A DNA stretch of 50,922 nt from Acidobacteriota bacterium. GTDB taxonomy: Bacteria > Acidobacteriota > Thermoanaerobaculia > UBA5066. Where the stretch lies: positions 1-50,922 of the forward strand of contig JAKLER010000001.1 of NCBI GenBank assembly GCA_022711615.1. The letters are read 5' to 3'. Shown here piece by piece: positions 34,785-43,286 of this stretch; the first letter of the stretch is position 1; each line of letters starts with the position of its first letter. Position numbers and translations under genes: made by a program. The notes beneath the pieces are model-generated. The model did not search any database. It was not told the origin of the DNA and saw only the letters and a program-made list of their open reading frames with translations.

Positions 34785-35344
34785 CGTTCGAAGGACGGGG
34801 CGAGGAGAGCGGCGGAGGCCCCGGGGAGCGCTTCCCGATCTCGCCGATTCCCGAGGAGGGGTGGTGGCCGCGCTTCAGGGCGCAGTTCCTCGAGATGATG
34901 GGACGCCACCAGGATCCGGAGAAGGTCGCCGCGTCGTTCGCGATCGGCGTCGCGATCGCGTTCACGCCGCTCATCGGATTCCACTTCCTGATGGCGATCG
35001 TCCTCGCCCTCCTCCTCCGGCTCAACAAGCTGGACGTCGTCCTCGGGACTCTCGTCGTCAACCCCCTGACTCTCGGGCCCGTGAGCGCGGCCGCGCTTCC
35101 GGTGGGCCGGTTCCTCCTCCGGGCGCGCCAGGAGGCCGTCACCCACATGCCGCTGGGCGACCTGCTCCGGCCCGACGCCTGGGCGCAGGCCGGCCCGGCA
35201 ATGCGGACGATCGGGATCCACTGGGGGATCGGGATGTTCGCTTTCTCGATCCTCTTCGGCGCCCTCACGTACATCGTCCTCGTCCGGGTCCTTCGCCGAC
35301 GGCGCGACCGCGCCGCGCTCGTGCCGCCCGACTTCGCGGGCTGA
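34781..35344 (+). CDS. DUF2062-family membrane protein
   Basis: The block QDPEKVAASFAIGVAIAFTPLIGFHFLMAIVLALLLRLNK...VVNPLT is typical of DUF2062. ATGA overlap with thiL. Confidence 0.7.
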   Translation: MTFEGRGEESGGGPGERFPISPIPEEGWWPRFRAQFLEMMGRHQDPEKVAASFAIGVAIAFTPLIGFHFLMAIVLALLLRLNKLDVVLGTLVVNPLTLGPVSAAALPVGRFLLRARQEAVTHMPLGDLLRPDAWAQAGPAMRTIGIHWGIGMFAFSILFGALTYIVLVRVLRRRRDRAALVPPDFAG

Positions 35345-35381
35345 CCCTCCCGGAGGAACGGACCGCCGCGCCGCGTGCTCC

Positions 35382-37154
35382 TCAGCGGGGAGCGGCGCGA
35401 AGCGCCTTCGCGAGGCCGAGGCGGTCCTCCGGGGCGCCGCCGGAGACGGTGATCGCCGTCCGCCAGGTCTCGGCGGCCTCGGCCGCGCGGCCCCGCGCGA
35501 GGAGGAGCGCGCCGCGCCGCCGGAGGAGAGGGAGCGAGCGCGGGAACCGTTTCAGGCCGGCGGCGAGCGCCTCCTCGGCCGCGTCGAGACGCCCGGCCTC
35601 CTCCTCCACCTTCGCGAGCGTCCGCCACCCGATCTCGGAGTCGGGCTTGATCCGGAGGGACTCCCGCGCCGCGGCGCACGCCTCCACGTGGCGCCCCTCC
35701 TTCGCCGCGACGAGGCCGAGGAGGGCCCAGGCGTCGTAGTGGCGCGGGAAGAGGGCAATCGCCTTCTCGAGGTTCGAGCGGGCGACGGTCGTCTCGCCCC
35801 GGCCCCAGGCGAGCCAGGCCGCGTTGTAGCGGGCCCGGGCCGAGAGCGGGACCTTGACGAGCAGGTCGGCGAAGAGGCTCTCGTCGCTCCGGAAGACCTC
35901 GTTCCTCTCGACCGTCGCCGCGGCGTACGCCACGAGGGCGACGGTCAGCAGCGCCCGCCGGAAACCGGTGGAAGCGCGGGGCAGCGCGGCCACGAGCCCC
36001 GCGACCGCCGCGAGGAGCCCCGCCGACGGGAGGTAGGCGAGGCGCTCGGCGAAGATCGTCCCGATCGGGAACGGGACGTTCGAGGTCGGGAAGAACGCGC
36101 CGAGGAAGAGCCCCAGCCCGAGCGCGACGAGCGGGAGCCTTCGAGCCGAGAGGACGGCGAGCGCGGCGAGGGCGACGACGCCGAGCAGCCCGGCGATCGC
36201 CCTCGGGTCCGAGAGCGAGAGCGCCAGCGGGAGCGCGTGCGCCGAGTGGTCTGCGGAGAGGCCGAGCGGGACGAGCGTCTTCCCCGCATAGCGCAGGAGG
36301 AGCCAGAGGCCGTTCGCGGCGCGAAGCGGCGCCGCGAGGGCGACGAGCGGGTTGTCGAGCTCGAAGAACGCGCTCCCCTTCGCCACGAGGCCGCTCCCGA
36401 CGAAGAGCGCCCGGACGGCGACGAAGACGGCCAGCGGGGCGAGGAGCCCGGCTGCCGGGAGGGCCTTGCGCCGGAGCCTCGCGGCGAGCGGCTCGCCCGC
36501 CCCGTCCCGGAGGAGCTCGCCGAGGAGGACGACGCCCGGCAGGACGACGGCGTGCTCCTTCGTGAAGAGGGCGACGAGGAAGGCCCCGAGCGCGCCGGCG
36601 TACGCGGCACGCCGCAGGCGCGGGCCGTCCGTGGCCCGGAGGAAGAGGAGCGCGGAGAGGAGGACGAGGAGCGCGACGAGGAGCTCGGCGCGCCCGACGA
36701 CCCCGGTCACGGCCTCGGCGTGGATCGGCACGACCGCGAAGAGAGCCGCCGCGGCGAGCGACGGCGCGCGCGGCATCCCGAGGGCCAGGAGCCAGGCGGC
36801 GAGGAGGAGCGTCGTCCCCGCGTGGAGGAGGACGTTCGCCAGGTGGAACGGGAACGGGTCGGTCCCGGTGGTCCAGCGCTGGACGGCGTAGGTGAGGAGG
36901 ACGACGGGCCGGAAGTTCTTCCCGGTCGCGAGCGGACCGCCGAAGTAGTGCGTCGTGAAGATCTCGCCGACCCTCTCCGGCCCGGCGAGGCGGGGGTTGT
37001 CCCGCACGATGGAGACGTCGTCGAACGTGAACCCGGCCGTCAGGCCGTTGAGGAACGGCAGGACGGCGAGGAGCGCGAGGCCAGCCGCGGCCGCCGCGCC
37101 GAGGCGCGCGCGCTCGCCGGCGGCGCTTTCGAGGGACGTCGCGAGAGAGCGCAT
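35382..37154 (-). CDS. polytopic GT-C-like (PMT_2/TMTC-like) membrane protein with C-terminal TPR repeats
   Basis: N-terminal FTFDDVSIVRDNPRL loop motif and about 10 hydrophobic segments. The C-terminal ~170 aa holds TPR-like repeats (AWALLGLVAAKEGRHVEA...). Confidence 0.7.
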   Translation of the reverse strand: MRSLATSLESAAGERARLGAAAAAGLALLAVLPFLNGLTAGFTFDDVSIVRDNPRLAGPERVGEIFTTHYFGGPLATGKNFRPVVLLTYAVQRWTTGTDPFPFHLANVLLHAGTTLLLAAWLLALGMPRAPSLAAAALFAVVPIHAEAVTGVVGRAELLVALLVLLSALLFLRATDGPRLRRAAYAGALGAFLVALFTKEHAVVLPGVVLLGELLRDGAGEPLAARLRRKALPAAGLLAPLAVFVAVRALFVGSGLVAKGSAFFELDNPLVALAAPLRAANGLWLLLRYAGKTLVPLGLSADHSAHALPLALSLSDPRAIAGLLGVVALAALAVLSARRLPLVALGLGLFLGAFFPTSNVPFPIGTIFAERLAYLPSAGLLAAVAGLVAALPRASTGFRRALLTVALVAYAAATVERNEVFRSDESLFADLLVKVPLSARARYNAAWLAWGRGETTVARSNLEKAIALFPRHYDAWALLGLVAAKEGRHVEACAAARESLRIKPDSEIGWRTLAKVEEEAGRLDAAEEALAAGLKRFPRSLPLLRRRGALLLARGRAAEAAETWRTAITVSGGAPEDRLGLAKALRAAPR

Positions 37155-37169
37155 CCGGAGAGGCGAAGT

Positions 37170-40100
37170 CTAGTCCCGGATCGCGAGACGCTTCAGCTCG
37201 TAGAGGAGCGACTGGCGGGAGAGCCCGAGGAGGACCGCGGCGCGCGTCCGGTTTCCCCCCGTCTCGGCGAGCGCCTCGAGGACGACCCTCCTTTTCGCCT
37301 CGTCCACGGCCGTCCGGTACCGGCTCCCGGGCTCCACGGCGGGGCCGGACCCGGTGCGAAGCGCTGGCGGAAGGTGGCTCCTCTCGATCCGCGCGCCCGG
37401 CCCGGCGAGAGCGCGCGCCGACTCGACGGCCGAAAGGAGCTCGCGGACGTTCCCGGGCCACTTCCACGAGAGGAGGGCGGCGCGCGCCTCGGGTGCGAGG
37501 GGCGTCCCGTCGAGCGCCGCGTCGAGGAGGGCGCGGAGGTCGCGGGGCCTTTCGCGGAGCGGCCCGAGCGTCAGAGAGAGCTGCGCGATCCGGTAGAGGA
37601 GGTCCTCCCGGAAGCGCCCCTCGATACAGAGGCGGGCGAGGTCGCGGTGCGTCGCCGTGACGAGGCGCAGGTCGACCGGTCGCGTCCGGGTCTCTCCGAG
37701 CCTTCGGACCTCCCTCTCCTGCAGGACCCGCAGGAGCTTGGCCTGGATGCGCGGGGAGAGGTCGCCGATCTCGTCGAGAAAGAGAGTCCCCCCCGAGGAG
37801 GCTTCCAGCACGCCCGCGCGGTCGCGCTCGGCCCCGGTGTAGGCGCCCCGCGCGGCCCCGAACAGCTCGGCCTCCGCGAGCGATTCCGCGAAGGCGGCGA
37901 CGTTCACCGCGACAAAGGGGCCGGGCCGGCCCGAGGCGCGGTGGATCTCCCGCGCGACGACCTCCTTGCCCGTCCCGCTCTCCCCCAGGACGAGGACGGA
38001 GAGTCGCGTCGCCGCGACCTTCCGCACCGTCTCGAAGAGCTCCCGGGTCGCCGCGTCCTCCGCCACGAGGAGCGGGCTCTCGGCGCGGCACGCTCGCTCC
38101 TCGCGGCGCCCGGGGCGCTCGGCTCCGGCGGCCAGGCGCGCCGCGGCCCGCTCCAGCCCCGCCCTGCGGGCGGACCGTTCCCCGAGGTCCCGGAGCGCGG
38201 CGCCGTCGGTGCCGGCGAACGCTTCCGGGAACCGGCCCCGCCACTCGAGGAGACGGGTCGCCACCGCGAGCGGACCGTCGGGCGATTCGAGCCGCGTCGC
38301 GAGGACGCGCCAGGCGGCTGCCGGAGGAGGCAGGCCGCGGCCGAGCCTCTCCTCGGCGTCGAGGAGCGTCGTCTCGTCCCCGTCCAGCCCCGCGGGAGGT
38401 CTCCCGGGGCGGCCGAGGTCGCGGAGCGCCGACGCGGCGAGACGGCGCCGGAGGGGCTCGACGCCGCTCCGGGCGTCCGGATGAGGCGCGGCCTCCTCGA
38501 GCCGCGCCAGCGCCTCGGCCGCGGAGCCCGCGGCGAGGAGCCGGGCCCCCTCGAGGACGAGGACTTCGCGCCGGGCCGGGTGCTCCGGCCGCTCCCGGAG
38601 CGCCAACACACCCTCGGCGAAGGCTTCGGCCCCTTCGGCATCGTCTCCGTCCGCGAGCGCGAGGCGCTGCCGGAGCGGGATCGAGAAGAGGAGCTGATGG
38701 CCGCGTCCCGGCCGCCGGTCGTGCGCGAGGACGACCTCGAGGTCCCGGTACGCCGAGCCTGCGTCGCTCCTTCCGAGCGCGAGGGCGGCGCGCTGGCCGA
38801 GCGCCGAGACGTAGCGCTCCCTCTCGCCGAGCGAAGAGAAAAGCGAAAGAGCCTCCTCGAGCGCCCGCTCGGCGTCGGCGCGCGCTCCTTCCATCGCCGC
38901 CGCGACCGAGAGGTCGAAGAGGGCGTCCGCCCTCCGCGCCGGCTCGCGCGCCTCGTCGAGCGCCGCCCGGAAGAAGGTGCGCGCCTCGCGGGGCCGGCCG
39001 AGCCCGAGAGCGAGGTAGCCGGCCGTGAACCGCGCGTCGAGCAGGCCCGGCTCGTTCGACGGGCCGTCGAGGGCCTGCGCCGCGGAGAGGAGCTCCGCCT
39101 CGGCCCTTTCGAGCTCCTGCCGCCTCTCGTGAAGCTCCGCCCGAAGGAGGCAGCCGCGGACTCCTCCCGCGGCGGCGCCGATCGCGTCCAGCATCCGACC
39201 GGCCTCCGCCTCCCGCCGCAGGTCCAGGAGGAGGGACGCGCGGGCGAGCCGCGTCTCCGTGTCGCCGTCGTCGCCCACGAGCCCCAGCGCGGTCTCGGCC
39301 TGGCCCATCCGGACGAGGAGCCGCGCCGCCGAGACGCGCCGGGAGAGGGGCTCGGACGCCGCCGTGCGAGGGTCGATCCGCTCCCCGACGCTCCGCGCCT
39401 CTTCCATCCTCCCCGCGGCCGCGTACACCTCGAGCGCGAGGAGCGGCGCTCCGAGGTCGGGATCGGACGCCGGCGCCCGGGACAGGAGCGCGAGCGCCTC
39501 CTCCGCCGCCCCCTCCCGCGACGCCTCCAGGAAGCGGGAACGGGCCGCTGCGACGACGTCAGGGCGTTCCCCGAACGCGGCGAGCCGCGCCAGACGGAGC
39601 CTCCCGTCGTCTCGGCCAGCGGCCTCGAGCCTCGCCATCCCCGCTTCCTTCTCCGCGGGACGGAGAGAGCCGGCAAGCCGGCGGCGTTGAGCCGGATCGG
39701 CGAACCGATAGAGGCCGTCCGCCGTCCGCGCGAGCGCTCCCTCGTCCATCGCTTCGTCGAGGACCTCCGCGACGCGCGACGCGCCGACGCCGGAAACGGC
39801 GGCCGCCTCCTCCGTCGAAAAGCCGTCTCCGAGGAGCGCGCTCGCCTTGAGGACGATCTCCGCCTCGGGATGCGACGTGCGAGCCGTCGCGGAGCGGCCC
39901 GCCCCCGGAGCGAGGAAGGCGCGCGCCTTCCTCCGCGCCGCGCGCAGGAGGCGTCCCGCGTCGCCGGCGGCCTCCTCGGCGAGCTCGGTCCAGAGACGGA
40001 CCGCGGCCGAAGGCGAGGCGTAGGGCAGGTGGACGAGCCCGGCGACCTCTTCCCGGCCGAGCCTCGGAAAGACGAGGCTCGCCTTCTGCCACGGGGGCGG

Positions 40101-41090
40101 CGCGTCCGACCGCGTCTCGATCCGTATGACGCCCGGCAGGACCCGCGGGATCGCCTCCCACGCCTCGACGGCGCCCGCTCCCCACGCGTCGAGCCCGAGA
40201 CCGAGCAGGACGAGCGGCGGGCCCTCGACCGACGCGACCGGCTCCCCGCGCGCGAGCGCCCGGAGGATGTCGGCGCGCGGGTCGGGCCCGAGCCCCGTCG
40301 CGAGCGCGAGGATCGGAGCCCCCTCCTCGAGAGAGCCCGGGGGCCCCGTCTCCGAGAACGCGACTTCGTCCGGCGCACGACGGGCGGCGCCGCGCGCCAC
40401 CCAGTCGGCCGCGGATCCGGTCGAGACGAGCCGCTCGGCGGAATCCCCGTCCAGCTCCCGGGGCAGGACGAGTCCCAGGAGGTCGAGGGCGACCTTCGCG
40501 GACCCGCCGCACGGGCGGGCGAGGTCGAGGAGGAGCGCGTCGGAGGGGCGCGCGCTCGCATCCGACCGGAGCACGGTGGCGACCACCTCGGCCGTCCGAG
40601 CCGGGAGGCCGTCCGAGAGCGCCTCCGCGAGCGATTGCCTCACGTGGCCCCGCCGGTCGAAGCGAGGCTCTCGTCCCGCGAGGCGCAGGGCGACGCCGCC
40701 CAGGACCGAGTGGACCGGAGCGGCCCGCCAGGCCGGGACGGGCGGCGACAGGAGCCAGGGGACGTCGCGCGTCGAAGGCTTCGCGCCGAGCGCGAGCGCG
40801 CCGTCCGCCGAGAGCCCGAGCCCATGGGCCGCGAGGAACGACAGGAGGCCCGCGAGGCGGACGAGGAAGGCGGAGTGCTCGGCGTCCGAGAGGTCCGCGG
40901 GAAGCGGGCGCGGCGCCGGCACCGGACCCGCGACGAAGACGCCGGCCGCGGTGCGCCCCCACGCGAGCTCCGGGAGCGAGGGATGGACGAGCCGCGCCAC
41001 CTCGGCGGCCCCCGCGGCGACGTCCGCCGCCGGGATCACCCATTCCGGCGGCCGCGCCGCACCTCTCTCCGCGCGCCCTCTGCCCCGCAC
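37170..41090 (-). CDS. giant sigma54-dependent transcriptional activator (bEBP) with ~1000-aa non-canonical N-terminal region
   Basis: The C-terminal ~300 aa has Walker A GESGTGKE, Walker B TLFLDEIG, sigma54-contact loop GAYTGA, R-finger region and a Fis-type HTH (GGNRTRAAVLLGLSRQSLLYELKR). The long N-terminal part is Ala/Leu/Arg-rich but protein-like. The listed ATG 41300 would overlap aroA by 145 nt, so I prefer GTG 41090 (preceded by GGAGGAGGA) or GTG 41039. Confidence 0.75.
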   Translation of the reverse strand: MRGRGRAERGAARPPEWVIPAADVAAGAAEVARLVHPSLPELAWGRTAAGVFVAGPVPAPRPLPADLSDAEHSAFLVRLAGLLSFLAAHGLGLSADGALALGAKPSTRDVPWLLSPPVPAWRAAPVHSVLGGVALRLAGREPRFDRRGHVRQSLAEALSDGLPARTAEVVATVLRSDASARPSDALLLDLARPCGGSAKVALDLLGLVLPRELDGDSAERLVSTGSAADWVARGAARRAPDEVAFSETGPPGSLEEGAPILALATGLGPDPRADILRALARGEPVASVEGPPLVLLGLGLDAWGAGAVEAWEAIPRVLPGVIRIETRSDAPPPWQKASLVFPRLGREEVAGLVHLPYASPSAAVRLWTELAEEAAGDAGRLLRAARRKARAFLAPGAGRSATARTSHPEAEIVLKASALLGDGFSTEEAAAVSGVGASRVAEVLDEAMDEGALARTADGLYRFADPAQRRRLAGSLRPAEKEAGMARLEAAGRDDGRLRLARLAAFGERPDVVAAARSRFLEASREGAAEEALALLSRAPASDPDLGAPLLALEVYAAAGRMEEARSVGERIDPRTAASEPLSRRVSAARLLVRMGQAETALGLVGDDGDTETRLARASLLLDLRREAEAGRMLDAIGAAAGGVRGCLLRAELHERRQELERAEAELLSAAQALDGPSNEPGLLDARFTAGYLALGLGRPREARTFFRAALDEAREPARRADALFDLSVAAAMEGARADAERALEEALSLFSSLGERERYVSALGQRAALALGRSDAGSAYRDLEVVLAHDRRPGRGHQLLFSIPLRQRLALADGDDAEGAEAFAEGVLALRERPEHPARREVLVLEGARLLAAGSAAEALARLEEAAPHPDARSGVEPLRRRLAASALRDLGRPGRPPAGLDGDETTLLDAEERLGRGLPPPAAAWRVLATRLESPDGPLAVATRLLEWRGRFPEAFAGTDGAALRDLGERSARRAGLERAAARLAAGAERPGRREERACRAESPLLVAEDAATRELFETVRKVAATRLSVLVLGESGTGKEVVAREIHRASGRPGPFVAVNVAAFAESLAEAELFGAARGAYTGAERDRAGVLEASSGGTLFLDEIGDLSPRIQAKLLRVLQEREVRRLGETRTRPVDLRLVTATHRDLARLCIEGRFREDLLYRIAQLSLTLGPLRERPRDLRALLDAALDGTPLAPEARAALLSWKWPGNVRELLSAVESARALAGPGARIERSHLPPALRTGSGPAVEPGSRYRTAVDEAKRRVVLEALAETGGNRTRAAVLLGLSRQSLLYELKRLAIRD

Positions 41091-41155
41091 TCCTCCTCCG
41101 GACGAACGCGGAATCTTCGCACGGTCCGGCGGGCCGTACCTTCGCGCGCGGCGCC

Positions 41156-42409
41156 TCAGCGGGTCGACACGAGCGAGCGCCAGTCGCTCCAGAAGGAGGG
41201 ATACGACTTCGAGACGACTCCCGGGTCGTCGAGCGTCGACCCCTCCGGCAGCGAGAGCGCGAGGACGGCCGCGGCCATCGCGACGCGATGGTCGCCCCAC
41301 GCGCGGAAGTCGGCGCGGACCGGCCTCCCCCGCGGACCGTCGACGAGCAAGCCCTCCTCGCCGGGTCCCGCCTCGACGCGAGCCTCGGCACCGGCCCGAG
41401 CGAGGAGGTCTTCGGCGGCCGCCAGCCGATCCGACTCCTTCTCCCTCAGCCTCGCGACGCCCCGGAGGCGCGAGGCTCCCCCCGCGAATGCGACGAGCGC
41501 CGCGAGCGGAAGCGCGGCGTCAGGCGCCGGGTCGACGTCGGCGTCCAGGCCGCGCCGCGCCGCGCCCTCGACGACCAGTACGGCGCCTTCGCCCGACCCT
41601 TCCCAGCGGAGCGCCCCTCCTGCGGAAGCCGCCCATCGTCGGAAGACGGCGTCGGGCTGCGCCGAATCCGGATCGAGGCCTTCGAGCTCCACCCGGCCGC
41701 GCGAGACGAGAGCCCCGGCGATCGGGAAGCAGGCGGCCGAGTCGTCCGCCGGGACGACGTAGCGGGCGGGCCGGGGACGCCCCTCGGGCGCGAACACGGC
41801 GAGGACCTGCCGGGTCAGCTCGACGTAGGACCCCGAGGCGGCCCGCCCCTCCGTCCTCACGTCGAGCCCGCCGGCGACCGCCGGCGAGGCGAGGAGGAGC
41901 GCGGAGACGAACTGCGAGGAGACGTCCGACCGGATCGACACGCTTCCCGCCCCGAGTGTCCCCCCCTCGATCCGAAGCGGGAGGAATCCCTCGCGGCCGA
42001 GCGGCTCGATCCGGGCGCCGCGGGAGGCCAGCGCCTCGACGAGCGGTCCCATCGGCCTCTCCTTCATCCGGGGGCTCCCGTCGAGGACGAACCTCCCGGG
42101 CAGCGCTGCCGTCAGCGCGAGGAGCAACCGGGCCGGCGTGCCGGCCGGACCGACGTCGATCGTCCGTTCGCGGCCGGGCGCCCCGGTGAGGGGACCCTCG
42201 ACGATCCAGCTCCGGTCGCCTCTCCGGACCTCCGCACCGAGCCGTCCGAGCGCCTCCGCGAGGACCCGCGTGTCGTCGCAGTCGAGAGGGCAGACCAGCT
42301 CGCTCCTCCCGGCCGCGAGGGAGGCGGCGACGAGGGCCCGGTTCGTGAGGCTCTTGGAGCCGGGGACCCGGAGGCGCCCCGCGAGCCTTCCGGAAGGGAG
42401 CGTAATCAC
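41156..42409 (-). CDS. aroA: 3-phosphoshikimate 1-carboxyvinyltransferase (EPSP synthase)
   Basis: Last 417 codons of listed ORF 41156..44107. GTG 42409 forms a GTGA overlap with the lpxH stop. Blocks VPGSKSLTNRALV, GNAGT-like GPAGTPARLL, LREKESDRL and GDHRVAMA. Confidence 0.88.
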   Translation of the reverse strand: MITLPSGRLAGRLRVPGSKSLTNRALVAASLAAGRSELVCPLDCDDTRVLAEALGRLGAEVRRGDRSWIVEGPLTGAPGRERTIDVGPAGTPARLLLALTAALPGRFVLDGSPRMKERPMGPLVEALASRGARIEPLGREGFLPLRIEGGTLGAGSVSIRSDVSSQFVSALLLASPAVAGGLDVRTEGRAASGSYVELTRQVLAVFAPEGRPRPARYVVPADDSAACFPIAGALVSRGRVELEGLDPDSAQPDAVFRRWAASAGGALRWEGSGEGAVLVVEGAARRGLDADVDPAPDAALPLAALVAFAGGASRLRGVARLREKESDRLAAAEDLLARAGAEARVEAGPGEEGLLVDGPRGRPVRADFRAWGDHRVAMAAAVLALSLPEGSTLDDPGVVSKSYPSFWSDWRSLVSTR

Positions 42410-43188
42410 GTTGGAGGCGCTCGGCGGACGGCGCGATGCGCGCTCGCCTCCGTCACGATCCGAAGGACGCCGTCGGATCCGATCTCCCCGTGCCGGCGCT
42501 CCTCGAGCCAGGCCGGCAGGATCCGCGTCACGCTGCCGGCCCGCTCGTAGTGCTGCTCGACGTGGAAGTGCCCGACGAGCAGCTCGTCGTATCCGGCGGC
42601 CCGCGCCCGCTCTCCCTCGCGGACGAGCTCGGCGCCGGGGAGGACCCTCTTGTGCCGGAAGTTCGTCGTGTAGAGGCGGGCCTCGGTCCTCCGCACGATC
42701 TCCCGGGCGAGCGGCCCGGGTATCAGTGCGAGGGCGCCGCGCGAGACGGGGTTCTTCGAAACGACTCGCCAGAACCGGTACGGGAGATCGCGCGTGTTGA
42801 CGCGGTCGCCGTGAACGAAGGCGTACCGGCGACCGCCGACCTCGACCCCGTCCGTGTCGCCGTAGGCGGCGAACGCCCGCGCCCAGCGCGTCCCGCGAAG
42901 GAAGAAGTCGCGGTTCCCTTCGACGTACCGGAGGTCCACGCCTCTCGAGGCGAGATCGTCCCAGCCCTCGAGGACCTCGCGGATCAGCGGTGTCTCGAGC
43001 TTCTCGCTCCCGATGAAATAGTGAAAGATGTCGCCGAGGAGGACGACCGTCCGGAACCCCCGGGCGACCCCTTCCTCTAGCGCGGAGAGGAAATCTCCTG
43101 CATCCCCCTCCGCCTGGCCGAGATGAGCGTCGGCGAAGACGAGGACACCACCTTCCGCGACGTTCCGCGGCTCCGGATACGGGACCAC
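42406..43188 (-). CDS. lpxH: UDP-2,3-diacylglucosamine diphosphatase (LpxH-type metallophosphoesterase)
   Basis: Calcineurin-like motifs in LpxH order: FADAHLG, LLGDIFHYFIG, GNRDFFL, HGD and GHFH. Length is 260 aa. Confidence 0.75.
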   Translation of the reverse strand: MVPYPEPRNVAEGGVLVFADAHLGQAEGDAGDFLSALEEGVARGFRTVVLLGDIFHYFIGSEKLETPLIREVLEGWDDLASRGVDLRYVEGNRDFFLRGTRWARAFAAYGDTDGVEVGGRRYAFVHGDRVNTRDLPYRFWRVVSKNPVSRGALALIPGPLAREIVRRTEARLYTTNFRHKRVLPGAELVREGERARAAGYDELLVGHFHVEQHYERAGSVTRILPAWLEERRHGEIGSDGVLRIVTEASAHRAVRRAPPT

Positions 43189-43194
43189 GATGGG

Positions 43195-43200
43195 ATTCTA
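43195..43200 (-). promoter_or_regulatory. putative -10 hexamer TAGAAT, 6 nt upstream of lpxH GTG 43188 (leaderless-type)
   Basis: The minus strand reads ggccgcTAGAATcccatcGTG. Confidence 0.45.
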
Positions 43201-43286
43201 GCGGCCCGGGACACTCCCTCCCGTCCCGCGTGTTGACGCGTCTCACGCCCCGGATCGGCCCCGGGTGATAGCTTCCCCGCTCGAAA

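Noticed and set aside
41091-41300. ATG 41300 as the start of the sigma54 activator
   Set aside because: It would overlap the aroA 3' end by 145 nt and adds an Arg/Gly-rich stretch. GTG 41090 lies in the aroA-downstream spacer and is preceded by GGAGGAGGA. GTG 41039 remains a possible alternative.
35688-41762. 2024-aa plus-strand ORF, the longest in the track
   Set aside because: It is antisense to four well-supported minus-strand genes (the TPR/GT-C protein, the sigma54 activator, aroA and part of lpxH). Its translation is monotonous R/E/D/G/P-rich with no recognisable motif. This is the classic high-GC antisense artefact.
43233-43238. TTGACG as a -35 box for the S8 protease gene
   Set aside because: The nearest -10 candidate (TAGCTT 43269..43274) is 30 nt away, far outside the 16-19 nt spacer range.
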